Source: Prorocentrum cordatum
Lineage: Eukaryota
Length of the DNA stretch: 64,000 nt
Reading direction: 5' to 3'
NCBI GenBank assembly: GCA_963575745.1
Contig: CAUYUJ010000215.1
Location: 1 to 64,000, forward strand
In this document: one piece after another, positions 12,965 through 23,710 of the stretch
How positions within the stretch are numbered: the stretch's first letter is position 1
Layout of the letters: each line of letters begins with the position of its first letter
The notes under the pieces: generated by a model
Databases searched by the model: none
What the model was told of the DNA's origin: nothing
Seen by the model: the letters and a program-made list of their open reading frames with translations, nothing else
Position numbers and translations under genes: made by a program

Positions 12965-15480
12965 GTGTACAGGTATCGCCTGAGTGGGGACACTTTGGCT
13001 ATTTCTCGCATTGCTTTTCATCTCAAGGTTCGGCGCTTGTGTAGGACGGTAGACTTTGGGGCTCAAGTTCGACAGTTCGCCGTCAATGGGGCAGGTTTAG
13101 GGCGACCTGCGTGTAGTGTCCGCCTGCGGTTGCTACATGAGCTGATGTTTAACAATTGGAGCGTCAAACCTAAGCCGTGGGCACTGCGAAGGGGTCAGCA
13201 AGTTCAGGCACCAATGCGCGTGCTGGCCCCAGTGCGTGCAGCACCTAAGGCCCGAGCTCTTCCGAGACAGCCTGCTGCAGCGGCGCTGCCTGCACCTTTG
13301 CCAGCTGAGCAACGCACGCTGGACGATGCTGCCCTGCTACTGCGCGCCGAGCCAGCTGGCCACCGCAATAGCAAGCTCAAACGTGAAAGATGCATGGCGG
13401 TGCGTTTGCAAGCTGGGCGATCGCCGCGTACACTGTTGCGGCTGGTGGAGCAAGGGCTGCTCCCAGAGCCTGAGTCGGCCATCCTGGATACTGCGCTTCC
13501 GACTACAGGTCGGACGGCTACGGTGCATGGCCTGGAGGTTTAAATTATAAGCCAATGCTCCTTCCGAAGACTGCCGAGGTTTGACGTGGCTCCCATCCAT
13601 GCGCTTCCTGGTCCAGCAGGTTCTACGCACACCTTGAAGCTGCGCGCTGTGCACTCATGCTCCAGGGAGGAATTGCACGGTGTCTGCTACCGCTACCGCT
13701 ATCAAGTAGAGAGCATCAAAAAGAGAAGGGCGAGGTTGACAGAGGTGACGCCGACAGCAGATGATGCCCACCGACAGGTACTCTCTCTGCTAGGAAGCGG
13801 CTGGCATCCTTAGTCCCTCGTCCAACTCCAGTAGAACCGGCGATAAACGACGATGCGCGAGTGCAAGATCCTGTGATGGTCGTTCCAGCAGAGGCAACAA
13901 GACACGATGAAAGTGAGGGTCACGTGGTTCAGCCGCGAGGCCAGCGGCTGTGTGGAAATCGAAAATTGGCTGGCTCTGTGAATTTGGATGCGGACAGATT
14001 CGTAGATTTGGATGCGCGGCCATGGCGATGTATGATTTGTCAAGTAAACCGTGGGACTGCGGGAACGCATTACTATGCTCCCACGGTAGCAGATGTTGAA
14101 AAGGCTGTGCTGGACACGCTGACGCTTGGTGATGGCGGTCGCGTTTTCTTCACCAGGCGTTTTCTGATGCAGCTTCTGATTGCCTTGTATGAGACGATGA
14201 ACTTCCGAGCAGCGCGGGGGAGGCTTGTGGATATGTTGCTGGCTCGGGCGATGCGTAGCGGCCAGACCGGCCTCGAGCGATTGGCAGCGCGGCTGGAAGT
14301 GTTTCCGAATGCGGGCCGACTTCGAGACATAGCGACGCTTGTTTTCCCAACACTTATCTCTAAGCGGGTTTTGGCACGGCAGCGGCTGCAGTTCCTAGGC
14401 AATGGTCAGTCAGTGCGTCTGGATGGCAGTTATGCGAAGGCTAAACTCACAGCCAGCTATCTTCCAGGGGCACGGCGCGGAAAGCGCAGAGTCCGACCAT
14501 TCGCTTGCCTCTTTGCATTTTGCGGCGCAGATGGCTCGCGGTTAGGGCCCGTGGTCCCTTCGAAGGGCGAATCGTGGCGTGACATGGGGGCTCTTCTGAA
14601 GCTACTGCTTCGGCGATAGGTGGCAGAGCGATTACAGGCAGGAGTGTCGCTGGGAGAAGCACTTCCTATATTCATCACTACGGACTCATGGCCAACGCCG
14701 CCGCCTGCACAGACAGCTCACGCGCGATGTGTCTGCGCAGTTAAGATTGCAACTCATGGGTGCGACGCCGCGTGGAGAGGCAGCCTGCGTGCGAGTGCTG
14801 GGCGAAGCGAGCAGTCCGAGTGATGACTTGACGACAGTGGCCGGCGAGCCATGCCGCAACGTCACCAAACTCCGGTGTCACTGTGGGCTAACGATGCTGT
14901 CTGTTTTGTGAAGGACCACGGCGTTATGCTGTGCCGACTCAGCGCTGAGAGTCGCCGTCGGCGAGTCGCGACCGTTGAGACTCCAACTCTTGGCGACGCG
15001 TGAAGATGCTGCCTCGCCAGTTCCTCAATGTCGGAAGCAGGCGCGCCTGTCAGGGTGCGCCAGGCCGTGTGGACATCCAAGGTGGCATCCCACTACCGAT
15101 GCCTCCTGAAGCCTGTGTACCTCGAAGGGTTGATCAAGTTGCGGCGTTGCGCCTTGGCTTTAAATTTCGCGGGCCTGCCCGGGCACTCAGGCGCAATGCC
15201 TGCGGGGCGTTCGCGGCTCCAGAACAGCAGCTATTGGCCGCCTCAGACACGGCGGCTGACAGGCCAACTTTCTGCCTCCTCTCCGACGCGTGTTTCTTGA
15301 GATTCCAGTGGGCCCATTGCGACGAGCCCTCAGCGCGGAGCTGGACTCGCGGTGATGTCCCCCTCCAACAGAGGGCGTTTTGAAATGCTTGCCATGCTGG
15401 GGGCCGCGCGGGGCGGCTTGGCAACTCTTATAGAGCAGGAGCTCGCCGATGCCTTTCAAGATGCCAGGCGCAGGAGAACG
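12965..15480 (+). pseudogene. Fragmented putative DDE-type transposase
   Basis: Consecutive + strand ORF fragments inside the TIRs. Cys/His region (WRCMICQ...HYY), then VRLDGSY...KGESWRD...LPIFITTDSW across an in-frame stop at 14617-14619. Family not assignable by eye. Confidence 0.5.
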
Positions 15481-15556
15481 GCGGGGGGCTCGGGGAGGCC
15501 AGCCGCGGCGCGAGGCTGCGAGGTTTCTGTGATTCCGTCAGGGCGTTATTTTTCAA

Positions 15557-15712
15557 GCCCGTGGCGTGAGGCCGCGAGATTGCTCGTTGGCGCCGTGGCG
15601 TGATGCCGCGAGATTGTTCGCAGGTTAGCGCCGTGGCGCGATGCCGCGAGATTGTTCGCAGGTTAGTTCCGTGGCGTGATGCCGCGAGATTGTCCGCAGG
15701 TTAGCGCCGGGT
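15557..15712 (+). repeat. ~39-bp tandem repeat x4 inside the DNA transposon
   Basis: CCGTGGCGTGATGCCGCGAGATTGTTCGCAGGTTAG repeated. Confidence 0.8.
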
Positions 15713-15841
15713 GCCGGGGGGCCGAGAACGACGAGGCGCCGGGGCCGACGAGAAACAACGAATCGACGAGGCCGACGCCGAGGCCCCCGCCGCCGCTCTG
15801 TCGCTCCGTGGAGGGGCCTCCGTCCACAGGGCCGACGCCCG

Positions 15842-16640
15842 CAGGCAACCAGTGCGCGCTGAGGCTCGCTACGAGCGGCTTGTGACAAACAAGCTGGTGC
15901 GATCAAGGCTCCGAAGGGCGAGCGATGACTAGCGAGGCCCTCAATATCAAGGCTCTCAAGGGCGAGCGGTAGCGAAGGGTGCTCTTGCCACCGACGCTCT
16001 CGAGAGCGAAGGGCGCCGCGAACAATCTCGGGCCATCTCTGTATTCGCTGGTTGCCTGTTGTTCTTCGGTGGGGGGCCCCCCGCCCGAGAGCCGCAGGTA
16101 ACCGGAGAACGCAGTGGCCCCCTCGGAGCGGCTTTTGACGCAGGCAAGCTGATGCGACGCAGGCTCCCAAGAGCGAAGAGTGCCATGAACCATGTCGGGC
16201 CCTCTCTGTGTTCACTGGTTGCCAGTGGTTCTTCGGTGGGGCGACCCCCCGAGGAAACCGAGGCAACCAGTGAACACAGTGGCCCTCCAAGAGCGACCTG
16301 GTACGGAAACGAGTTGATACGACCAAGGTTTCCAAGGGCGAACGGTGGCAAACAAGGTTTTCACATCGAGGATGAAAAAGGCGAGCGGCAATCCCGCAAG
16401 CTGTTAACATCCAGGCTCTCAACAGCGAGAGGGCCCATGAACCATCCCGGCCCATCTCTGTGTTCACTGGTTGCCCGTGTTTCTTCCGAGGGGCGATTCC
16501 CCGAATGCCCACGGGCAACCAGTGAGCGCAGTGGCTTCCTCAGAGCGACCTTTCATGTAAACTAGCTGACATGACCAAGGCTCCCAAGGGCGAGCGGTGA
16601 CAAAAAAGGTTCCTGACATCAAGGCTCCCAGGGGCGAGCT
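15842..16640 (+). repeat. Degenerate ~200-250-bp tandem units (related sequence at ~29100-29150 and ~29390-29460)
   Basis: Recurrent GGCAACCAGTG, CAAGGCTCTCAAGGGCGAGCGG and CATCTCTGTGTTCACTGGTTGCC modules. Confidence 0.6.
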
Positions 16641-17618
16641 GGGAAGGGCGGAGGACGGAGGGAAAAGGGCGGAGGAAAACGGGAGACGGAGGACGGAGGA
16701 CAGAGGACGGAGGCGAGACGGAGGGAGGACGGAGGGCCCCGGACGTCCCCGGACGAGCCCCCGATGGGCTTGCACCCCTCCCCTCCGGGGGGGCATGCGG
16801 GTCCGAGTGCAAGCTTCTCCGCCGACTCTCTTCGATGCATTCGTGGAAGTTATCCATTGGGTCAGTACGAGTCTGGATTCACAATGCGTGAGCTCCTGCG
16901 CGGCGACGTTCGACGACGACGACCAGCACGACGACATTCGACGACGTTCGACGCCGAGTGCGACGACGCACGACGACCTACAACGACGCAGCGCGGCAGG
17001 CTGACTTCTGCCGATTTTGGCCGACTTATTGTCCGGTCCACCCGATGCTGGGGCCGCGTGCCTTGCTGCGGCGTGCCAGGTTCAAGCTTCCTCTTATGAC
17101 GTCCCGTTCCCTCCCGGCTACCCTGCTACCCCGCTACCTCGCTACCCCGCTACCCGGCTACTCGGATACCTTGTTATCCTGCTACCCTGCTACCCTCCTA
17201 CTCTGCTGCCCTGCTGCCCTGCTGCTCTGCTACCTTGTTCGGCAGCGAGGCCGTGGCATGGTAGCAGGGTAGCAGGGTAGCGGATCGATTTCGCACCACC
17301 CTGCTACCCTGCCACCCTGCTACCTTGCTACATTGCTCGGCGAGGCCGCAGCGAGGTAGGAAGGTAACAAGGTAACACAGCAAAGTAGCGAGATAGCAGA
17401 GTAGCAGGGTAGCGAATCGATTTTTGACTTCCGTGGGTGACACTCTGGAATGTCGCACTGCATAGGCGTTCGCTGGATGGCACGTGAACGCGTTACATCT
17501 GCATGCAACCATGTTTTACTTACGTATGCGTAAGCATGTATGCATGCATGCATAGATATTCACACGCGCATATTTGAACATCGCTTTACATAGGCGCGCG
17601 CTGAACATGCATCTTTGT

Positions 17619-17829
17619 ATGGGCGCTCTGGGCAGCATTTGAGCGCGGGGAGAAGTCGCGCGAGCGTCGTGGCCCCTATTGGCTATCTTCTTGCTTGTCT
17701 CTAATGCTGCGGGACGGCTATTCACGGCTGAGGCGGATCCCCACCCTGCGCGCCCGCGAGCGCGTTCTCGTCGCAGGTGAATGGGATTTGTCTCACGCGT
17801 GGCCGTCCCGCTGGCGGGATGCGTTTTTC
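17619..17829 (+). repeat. Terminal repeat A1 of element 1
   Basis: Matches 25966-26176. Confidence 0.95.
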
Positions 17830-18125
17830 GCGCGCGTTCGCTTGGCCGCTCCGCCGCCTCTTTCTCCCGTCGCAGGTTCCCCCCCCCCCCCCTCCTCCCG
17901 CGCGCGCGTCGCTTGACCGCTCCGCCGCCTCTCTCTCCCGTCGCAGGTTCCCCCCCCCCCCCCCTCCTCCCGCGCGCGCGTTCGCTTGGCCGCTCCGCCG
18001 CCTCTCTCTCCCGTCGCAGGTTCCTCCCCTCGCCCCTCCTCCCGCGCGCGCGTTCGCTTGGCCGCTCCGCCGCCTCTCTCTATCTCCCGTTGCAGGTTCC
18101 TCCCCTCCCCTCCTCCCCCACAGGT
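17830..18125 (+). repeat. ~72-bp tandem repeat x4 in the 5' leader of element 1
   Basis: TCGCTTGGCCGCTCCGCCGCCTCTCTCTCCCGTCGCAGGTTCC at 17838, 17909, 17982 and 18054. Confidence 0.9.
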
Positions 18126-18229
18126 CCGCGCGTCTACTTCGTGGAGAGCACCTACGTCCCTCGTCGGTTTTGCGGCTCGAAGGTCTGGACACACATGAGT
18201 ACGGGTCATCCTGGGCCGAATGCCGACCC

Positions 18230-18775
18230 AGTGCGCAGTATGCCTGCGGATGCCGTATGCTGGCCACTTGTCCCCTGCGCTGTGCTGCAAGTGCGCGCCG
18301 TATGCTGGTCCCTTGTGCGCAGTGTGCCTGCGGATGCCGTACGCCGGCAATCACTCCTCTGTGCAGTATGCCTGCAGTGTGTGCCGTATGCCGGCCATTG
18401 TGCGCAGTATGCCTGCGAATGCCGAATGCCGGCCCTGTACGCAGTATGCCTGCGATTGCTGCCTGTCAGCCCCTCTCCGCATTATGCCTGCGCGTGCGGC
18501 TGTATGCCTGCAAGTGGGCGCCGTATGCCGGCCATTAAGCGCAGTATGCCTGCGAGTGCCGTATGCCGGCCCCCCCCCATAGCGCAGTATGCCTGCGTGC
18601 GTTGCAGTATGCCTGCAAGTGTGTGCCGCATGCCGGCCCTTGTACGGAGTACGCCTGCGGTTGCCGTATGCCGGCCCAGTGCGCAGTATGCCTGCGGATG
18701 CTGCCTGTCTGCCCCGGTGCGCAGTATGCCTGCGGCGTGCGTTTGCCTGCCCTCTTGCGCTGGATGCCTGCGGGT
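18230..18775 (+). repeat. ~40-bp degenerate tandem repeat (~12 units) in the 5' leader of element 1
   Basis: TGCGCAGTATGCCTGCG..TGCCGTATGCCGGCC repeated. Confidence 0.85.
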
Positions 18776-18858
18776 TATGTCATGTGCAACCGCCAGCGCG
18801 CGATGAGGACGCCGAGGGGGATGCGTGCACGGCGCTTTCCGACGCGCGCGCAGCATCC

Positions 18859-20651
18859 ATGGCGCTGGCTCGCTCAGACATCGTTGAGTTGCTTGGCGAT
18901 CTGCCTGCTGGCGCATTCGGCACCGACAAAAATGCCATCAGGGCGCGCGCGCGCGTCTCCGTGCGTCTACCGCGGGCATGAGCCCACTCGCAGCGGCGCG
19001 CAAGGCCGATTGGGTCCTCTTCGTCGCAGCGGCCAACGCGGCGGAGGGGGGCGCATCGCCAGCTCCCGAGCTGGTGCTGTGCACCACGGTCGCGCGCCTG
19101 ATGGCCGAAGCGATCGGGGCGGTCCGCCCGATTGATTACTCGGATGCGGCCATGCGCGATATGTTGATTGCGGCCCTGAAGCCAGGCGCGAAGCCGTTTG
19201 CGGGCGATTCTTCCGCGGAGTGGCGCGATTTCGCGATTAAGCCGTGCCACATCAATATGGCGCTGCGGACACAGTCGCGAGCGATGGAAGCCTTCGGGCG
19301 GAAGGCCCCCGCCCCGTTGGTGCGCGAGGACGCGGGCCGCCGCGCGGCGTGCCGCCAGGAGGGTCAGCAATCGGCCCCGGCGGAGGCGGCCGCCAAGCCC
19401 GCGGAGGAGACGACGCGGATTGCGGCGGCAATGGAAGAATACGTGAAGGCCAGCAAGGAATTGCTCGAAGAAAAGCGGGAGAAGCCGCTGGCGTTTGCCG
19501 TGGAGGCGCGCCGCGTTTTCGCATGCGCGGGCGGCATTGTCCGGGGATACGCGCCTCGGCAGGACCGTGTGCGCGAGGTCTGGCTCGGCAAGTTCCCCCG
19601 TGAGGGATCGCCGACCGAGGAGTCGATGCGCAAATTCGCGGCCGCGGGCCGGACGGCCCAGTCCCATGGCCGCTCATACATTGGGAGCGCCGAGGGCGAG
19701 AGCCTGCAGGCTCCCTGCTCGGCGGCACGTGCAATGACAAGCTTCCGTTTCGCCGATTGCTCCGCGCGCAGGACCACTGCAAGCCCCAATGGGCGCGAAT
19801 GCCGAAGCTGGACTCGGTGCCAGCGGGGGCGGGCTCGTGGCGCGATCGCGCGTCGGCCGTCACCGCGGCGAACCGCGCGGGTGCGGCCCTGGACCGAATG
19901 GATTTTCTCGGTTATGCGCACTTCCAGGTCGCGCGCGACGCAGCGCAGCGCGCGCGCCCACGCGCGCCCCGTGGCGCGAGGCCCACGTAATGGAGTGGGG
20001 GCTTCGCTGCATCCTGTCCAAAGTGTTTGATCCCGTCGTGCTATTGGGATACATGTACCAGCTCGCGCGCGTGAGCGAGGAGCACGGGGGCGTCAAGGCG
20101 CGTCCGCGGAGCGGCGGGCCCGATGCCCAGGGAGCCGCGCGCGGGAGCCCGCGCCGCGTCCAGGTTTCCTACACGTACGATTTGCTTCTCCGCCAGAAAG
20201 TGGCGAAAGACCTGGAACACGGCGACGAGGATGCGACGGCCTCGTTCACTGCGTTGTCGTGGGACATTCTGCGCGCCGCCAAGGAGCGCAGCGCTTTTGA
20301 GTGGCCGCCGCCCTGGCATCGTGCATCGCGCTGCGCGCTGTAGGAGAGAGTCCAGCAGTCGGACCGCCAGGCGGCGTTCGCCAAGGGCGGGGGCAAGAAA
20401 GGCGGCAACGACCGGCGCGACCAGGCGCGAGCCCGCGCGTGCGCGCCCCGCGAGCGCGAGCACGCGTCGCGGCGCGCGAGGCGGCGAAGCCACGGACCCC
20501 GGTGAGCCCTGTCCTCCGCCAGCGCTCGCGCAGCCCCCGCCGCGATACCTTCAGCAAGAAGGGGAGCGGAAAGGCCGGCAAGGGAGGGGCTCCCAAGGAC
20601 GCGGGGAGCTCGTGGCACAAGCCTGAGCGAAAGGAGTCCTGGCGGTGGTGA
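18859..20651 (+). CDS. Gag-like protein of element 1, 8 exons
   Basis: Introns 18943-19004, 19506-19562, 19710-19771, 19928-19980, 20098-20163, 20284-20343 and 20425-20480 (all phase 0, GC/GT/GA-AG). Splicing gives one open frame MALARSDIVELL...YQLARVSEEHGGVK|VSYTYDLLLRQKVAKDLE...RSRSPRR...WRW*. Gag identity is inferred from position and the basic tail. Confidence 0.78.
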
Positions 20652-20902
20652 AGCCAGGGCGCCGGCGCTGTGCATGCTAATTATTCGCCCGCCCGAGGCG
20701 CGCTCCGCGCGCGCGCGCGCGCGCCCCCCCGCGGGGGCGCCGCGCCAGCCAGTGATGCAGACGACGGGGCCTCCCCATTGCACCCTGCCGACAGCGGTGA
20801 GGGCGCAGTGTGGCGCGGGCCGTCGCCCGAGGGGCAGGAGGCGCCGCCAGTGCGCCGCGCGCGAGACCGCCCCGCCCGCGGCGAGCGCAGCGCAGGACGC
20901 GG

Positions 20903-23617
20903 ATGTTGATTCCGACGACGGCGCCGAAGGCGGGGGCGGCGACCTTTGCCCCCAGCAAATCCACGATGCCGGCTGCGCATTTGAAGAGGCCCTTGCCCGC
21001 CACTCTACGGGGGCGGAGCCGCGAAGCGCGCGCGCAGATCAAAGCCGCCGTGGATGCGTTGCTCGACGACGAAGACAAGAGGGCGGGCATGAGCCCTCTT
21101 TGCCACGCCGCCTGGGCGGCACACTTGCCGCGAGTCCGCGAGATAGCGCCGCTTGCGGGACCTGAGCGCGATGCGGCGGTGGCGGCGAGCCAGACGAGCG
21201 ACGCACTCTTGCAAGAGAGGCGCGAGGCGGCGTTGCAATTTTGGCGAGAGCGCAAACGTGTGACGGCTTCAGAATGGAAGGCGCCGCCCGGCACGCCGCT
21301 ACCGCGAAGCACCGGCGGAGAGCGCGGTCGGGCGAGGCACGCTATGCGAAGTTACCATGGCATGTGCGCTCCGTCCTTGGGCCTGACAAGAACTTGTTGC
21401 TTTTGGCCGAAATGATGCAAGCTGCAGGGGTGACCAGCGACGCAGCGCGCGCGCGCGACAGCGGGGCGCGGCTCCGTGCTTGAGGCGTCCGACGAGAATT
21501 TGACGCGTGACTTGGAGCGGGGCTTCCCGCTAGTGGGGGTCCTGCCGCGCTCGGGCATGAACGCGCCCGTGACCCCCAAGGGAGCCGAATGCCCATCCGA
21601 GTTGCGCAGCCGAGCGGACACTTTGAACGCCGCCACCCTCGAGCGCGTGTCTCGGGATCTGGGGACCGACGCGGAAGTCACCCAGATTTTGCATGATAAA
21701 GCATACGAAGAGGCGCGCGCCGCGCAAGCCAGCGGGGACAGTCGCCCATGCTGCGACGTCCGCGAGCGTGCAGGTGGCCGCGGGCCAGGCAGCGTGGGTC
21801 CGGTTGTCCGACCTGCCACGCGGGGCGGTGTTAAACCCGCGATTCCCTGTAGACGAGGGATGGCGCTGGAAGTTGGAAGAATGGATACGCAAGGAATGGC
21901 GCATTCGCCGCGGCATGCACCGTCCCCTCCCCTGGGCGCCGCGCCGGGAGCCAACGCGTCCAGGTACGCGCGATCGACGATTTCACTGCCACGGGCGTTA
22001 ATGACTGCGCCGCCGCAGCCGAGAGGTGCAGGCGGGCCCTTGCCCCCCCGCCCCGCCCCTCGCGCGCGCTGTCCGCTCTCCCGTGTCGCCGCGACCGCGC
22101 GTGGGTGGATTCTCTCGATGCTCTGGTCGAGCTGGCGCGGATCGCGGCCGCGGCCGGCACGCCGGTGCTGAGCAAAGAAGATTTCATCGGTGCTTACAAA
22201 ACGTTGCCCGTGCGAGGCGCCGACCTCCCGTTGGCCCATTCGGTATGGGCCAAGGGAGCCCGCGAGGGCTACTGTCTGCAACTCTTGAGCTGCCCCTTCG
22301 GCGCCGTGGGCAGCGGATACGCTTGGGACCGCGTTGGGGCGGCGCTCCAGGCGCGAGGCGCGCGCGCCGCGGCGGCACGGCGAGCGCGCGGCAGGCCATC
22401 CTTGCCAAGCTGTTCTCGCTCGTTCCGGGCCGACGCGGACAGGGGGCCCGGCACGGGCGGCCCCCGCGATGCCGCAGAGGTCCTGAGGGCGGTCGTCGAA
22501 GACCTTTTGGGCTGGCGCCTGGACGCCGGCAAGCGCGTTGTTGCCGAGCCGAGGGCCACTGTGCTCGGCGTCGACGCGGAAGTGCGCGGATCGGGCGATG
22601 AGCTCTCGATTAGTATTCGCGATCGGTGGCGACAAGCGCCACAAATGGATCCAAGAGATCGAGTGGGTGCTGGAGGTAGGGAGAATGTCGCCGGCGGCGG
22701 CATCAAAACTTGCCGGCAGACTCGGATGGGGCTCCTCTGCGGTGTTCGGCAGAGGCACGCCCAAGCTCCCGCGCGCGAGCGACGCGCGCGCGCGAGAGCG
22801 ACGGCAGGTGCCCGGGTATACCTCGCCCCGCTGTTCTGGCACGCGCAGCAGCGGGGATGGAGGTTGAAGTCGCGGCTCCGCGGGGCATTGGAATGGTGGC
22901 TGCGCTTCCTCCGGAGCGCGCCGGAACGAGCGGTGCCCCTGCGGGTGACCCCGGAGCGGCCACGCTACCTCGTCTATTCCGCGGCAGGCGACATACGCGC
23001 GCGCCTGTTTGGAACGGCGCCCGCATTGCCCGGCCCGCCCCGCCTCCGCAGGCTCGCGTGGGTCATCATTGGGCCCAGCGGTAAGCGCTATGCAGCGGCT
23101 GATGTGCCTTCGTCGATCAAGCGGTGGACGAAGCACCGCAAGACGCAGGCGGGGGCGCCCCGGCCACGCGTAGCCTGGCGGACAGCCCGCCGTGTTGCGA
23201 AAGGTCGCGGCATGGGAACTCGTCGCGGCCGTTTGCGCCTTGCATCATTTGCTCGCGACGCTGCGCGATGCGGAAATCGTGTTGTTTGTCGATTCGAAGG
23301 CGCGGCCGGGCGCGGGTCGCCGAGCTGCCCGTGCGATGCTCCGCTGACCGCGCCAGGCCGCGCTCGGGGTGCTCCTACGCGGGACCTCGCGCCAGGCAGA
23401 TTATAACGCGCTCGTGGCAGATATTTGGTTCGCAGCAGCGACCGCGCGGTGCCTCCTGAGCGCGTGGTATGTGCCATCCGCGCTCAACGTGGCAGACGCC
23501 CCTACGCGGCCCGCCACGAAGGCGGCCGCGATTGCGGCCATGCACCGCGAGGGCTTCACCCGAGTGGCGTGGCCATGGCCCCGCGCGGCGCCCTGGCATT
23601 CGCGCGGGCATGCATAG
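20903..23617 (+). pseudogene. RT + RNase H (pol) of element 1, spliced and disabled
   Basis: Introns 21281-21336, 21430-21484, 21713-21773, 21894-21963, 22351-22394, 22755-22807, 23149-23203 and 23300-23356. Spliced motifs: DLERGFPLVG, K|VRAIDDFTATGVN, KEDFIGAYKTLP, CPFGAVGS, SKLAGRLGW, Q|VAAWELVA, LFVDSK|AALG, YVPSALNVADAPTR. YxDD is missing at ~22433 and there is a frameshift near 22585. Start position approximate. Confidence 0.85.
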
Positions 23618-23710
23618 CAAGTAGCACAGGGCAATTTGTAGGGGGCGCAAAGGCTTGCGCGGCGAGCGCGTGACGACCAGGCCCGCCGCGAGAGGGGGCC
23701 CGCGGGCGCC

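Larger units (their letters stand above)
12624..17447 (+). mobile_element. Decayed TIR DNA transposon with 8-bp TSD
   Basis: Perfect 8-bp direct repeat GAATGTCG at 12616-12623 and 17448-17455. Termini CATTGTGTCAC / GTGACACTCTG. Inverted subterminal motif CCTCGCTGCGGCCTCGC..CGAGCAATGTAGCA and arrays of the 9-mer CCCTGCTAC/GTAGCAGGG at both ends. Confidence 0.85.

Noticed and set aside
22026..22104. Additional pol introns (~22032-22103 and ~22988-23051)
   Set aside because: They are likely real but in frame, with a degenerate acceptor or ambiguous donor, so they were not counted among the 23.
21352..23136. 594-aa minus-strand ORF and similar antisense ORFs in both YR elements
   Set aside because: They are antisense shadows of GC-rich coding DNA with no motifs.
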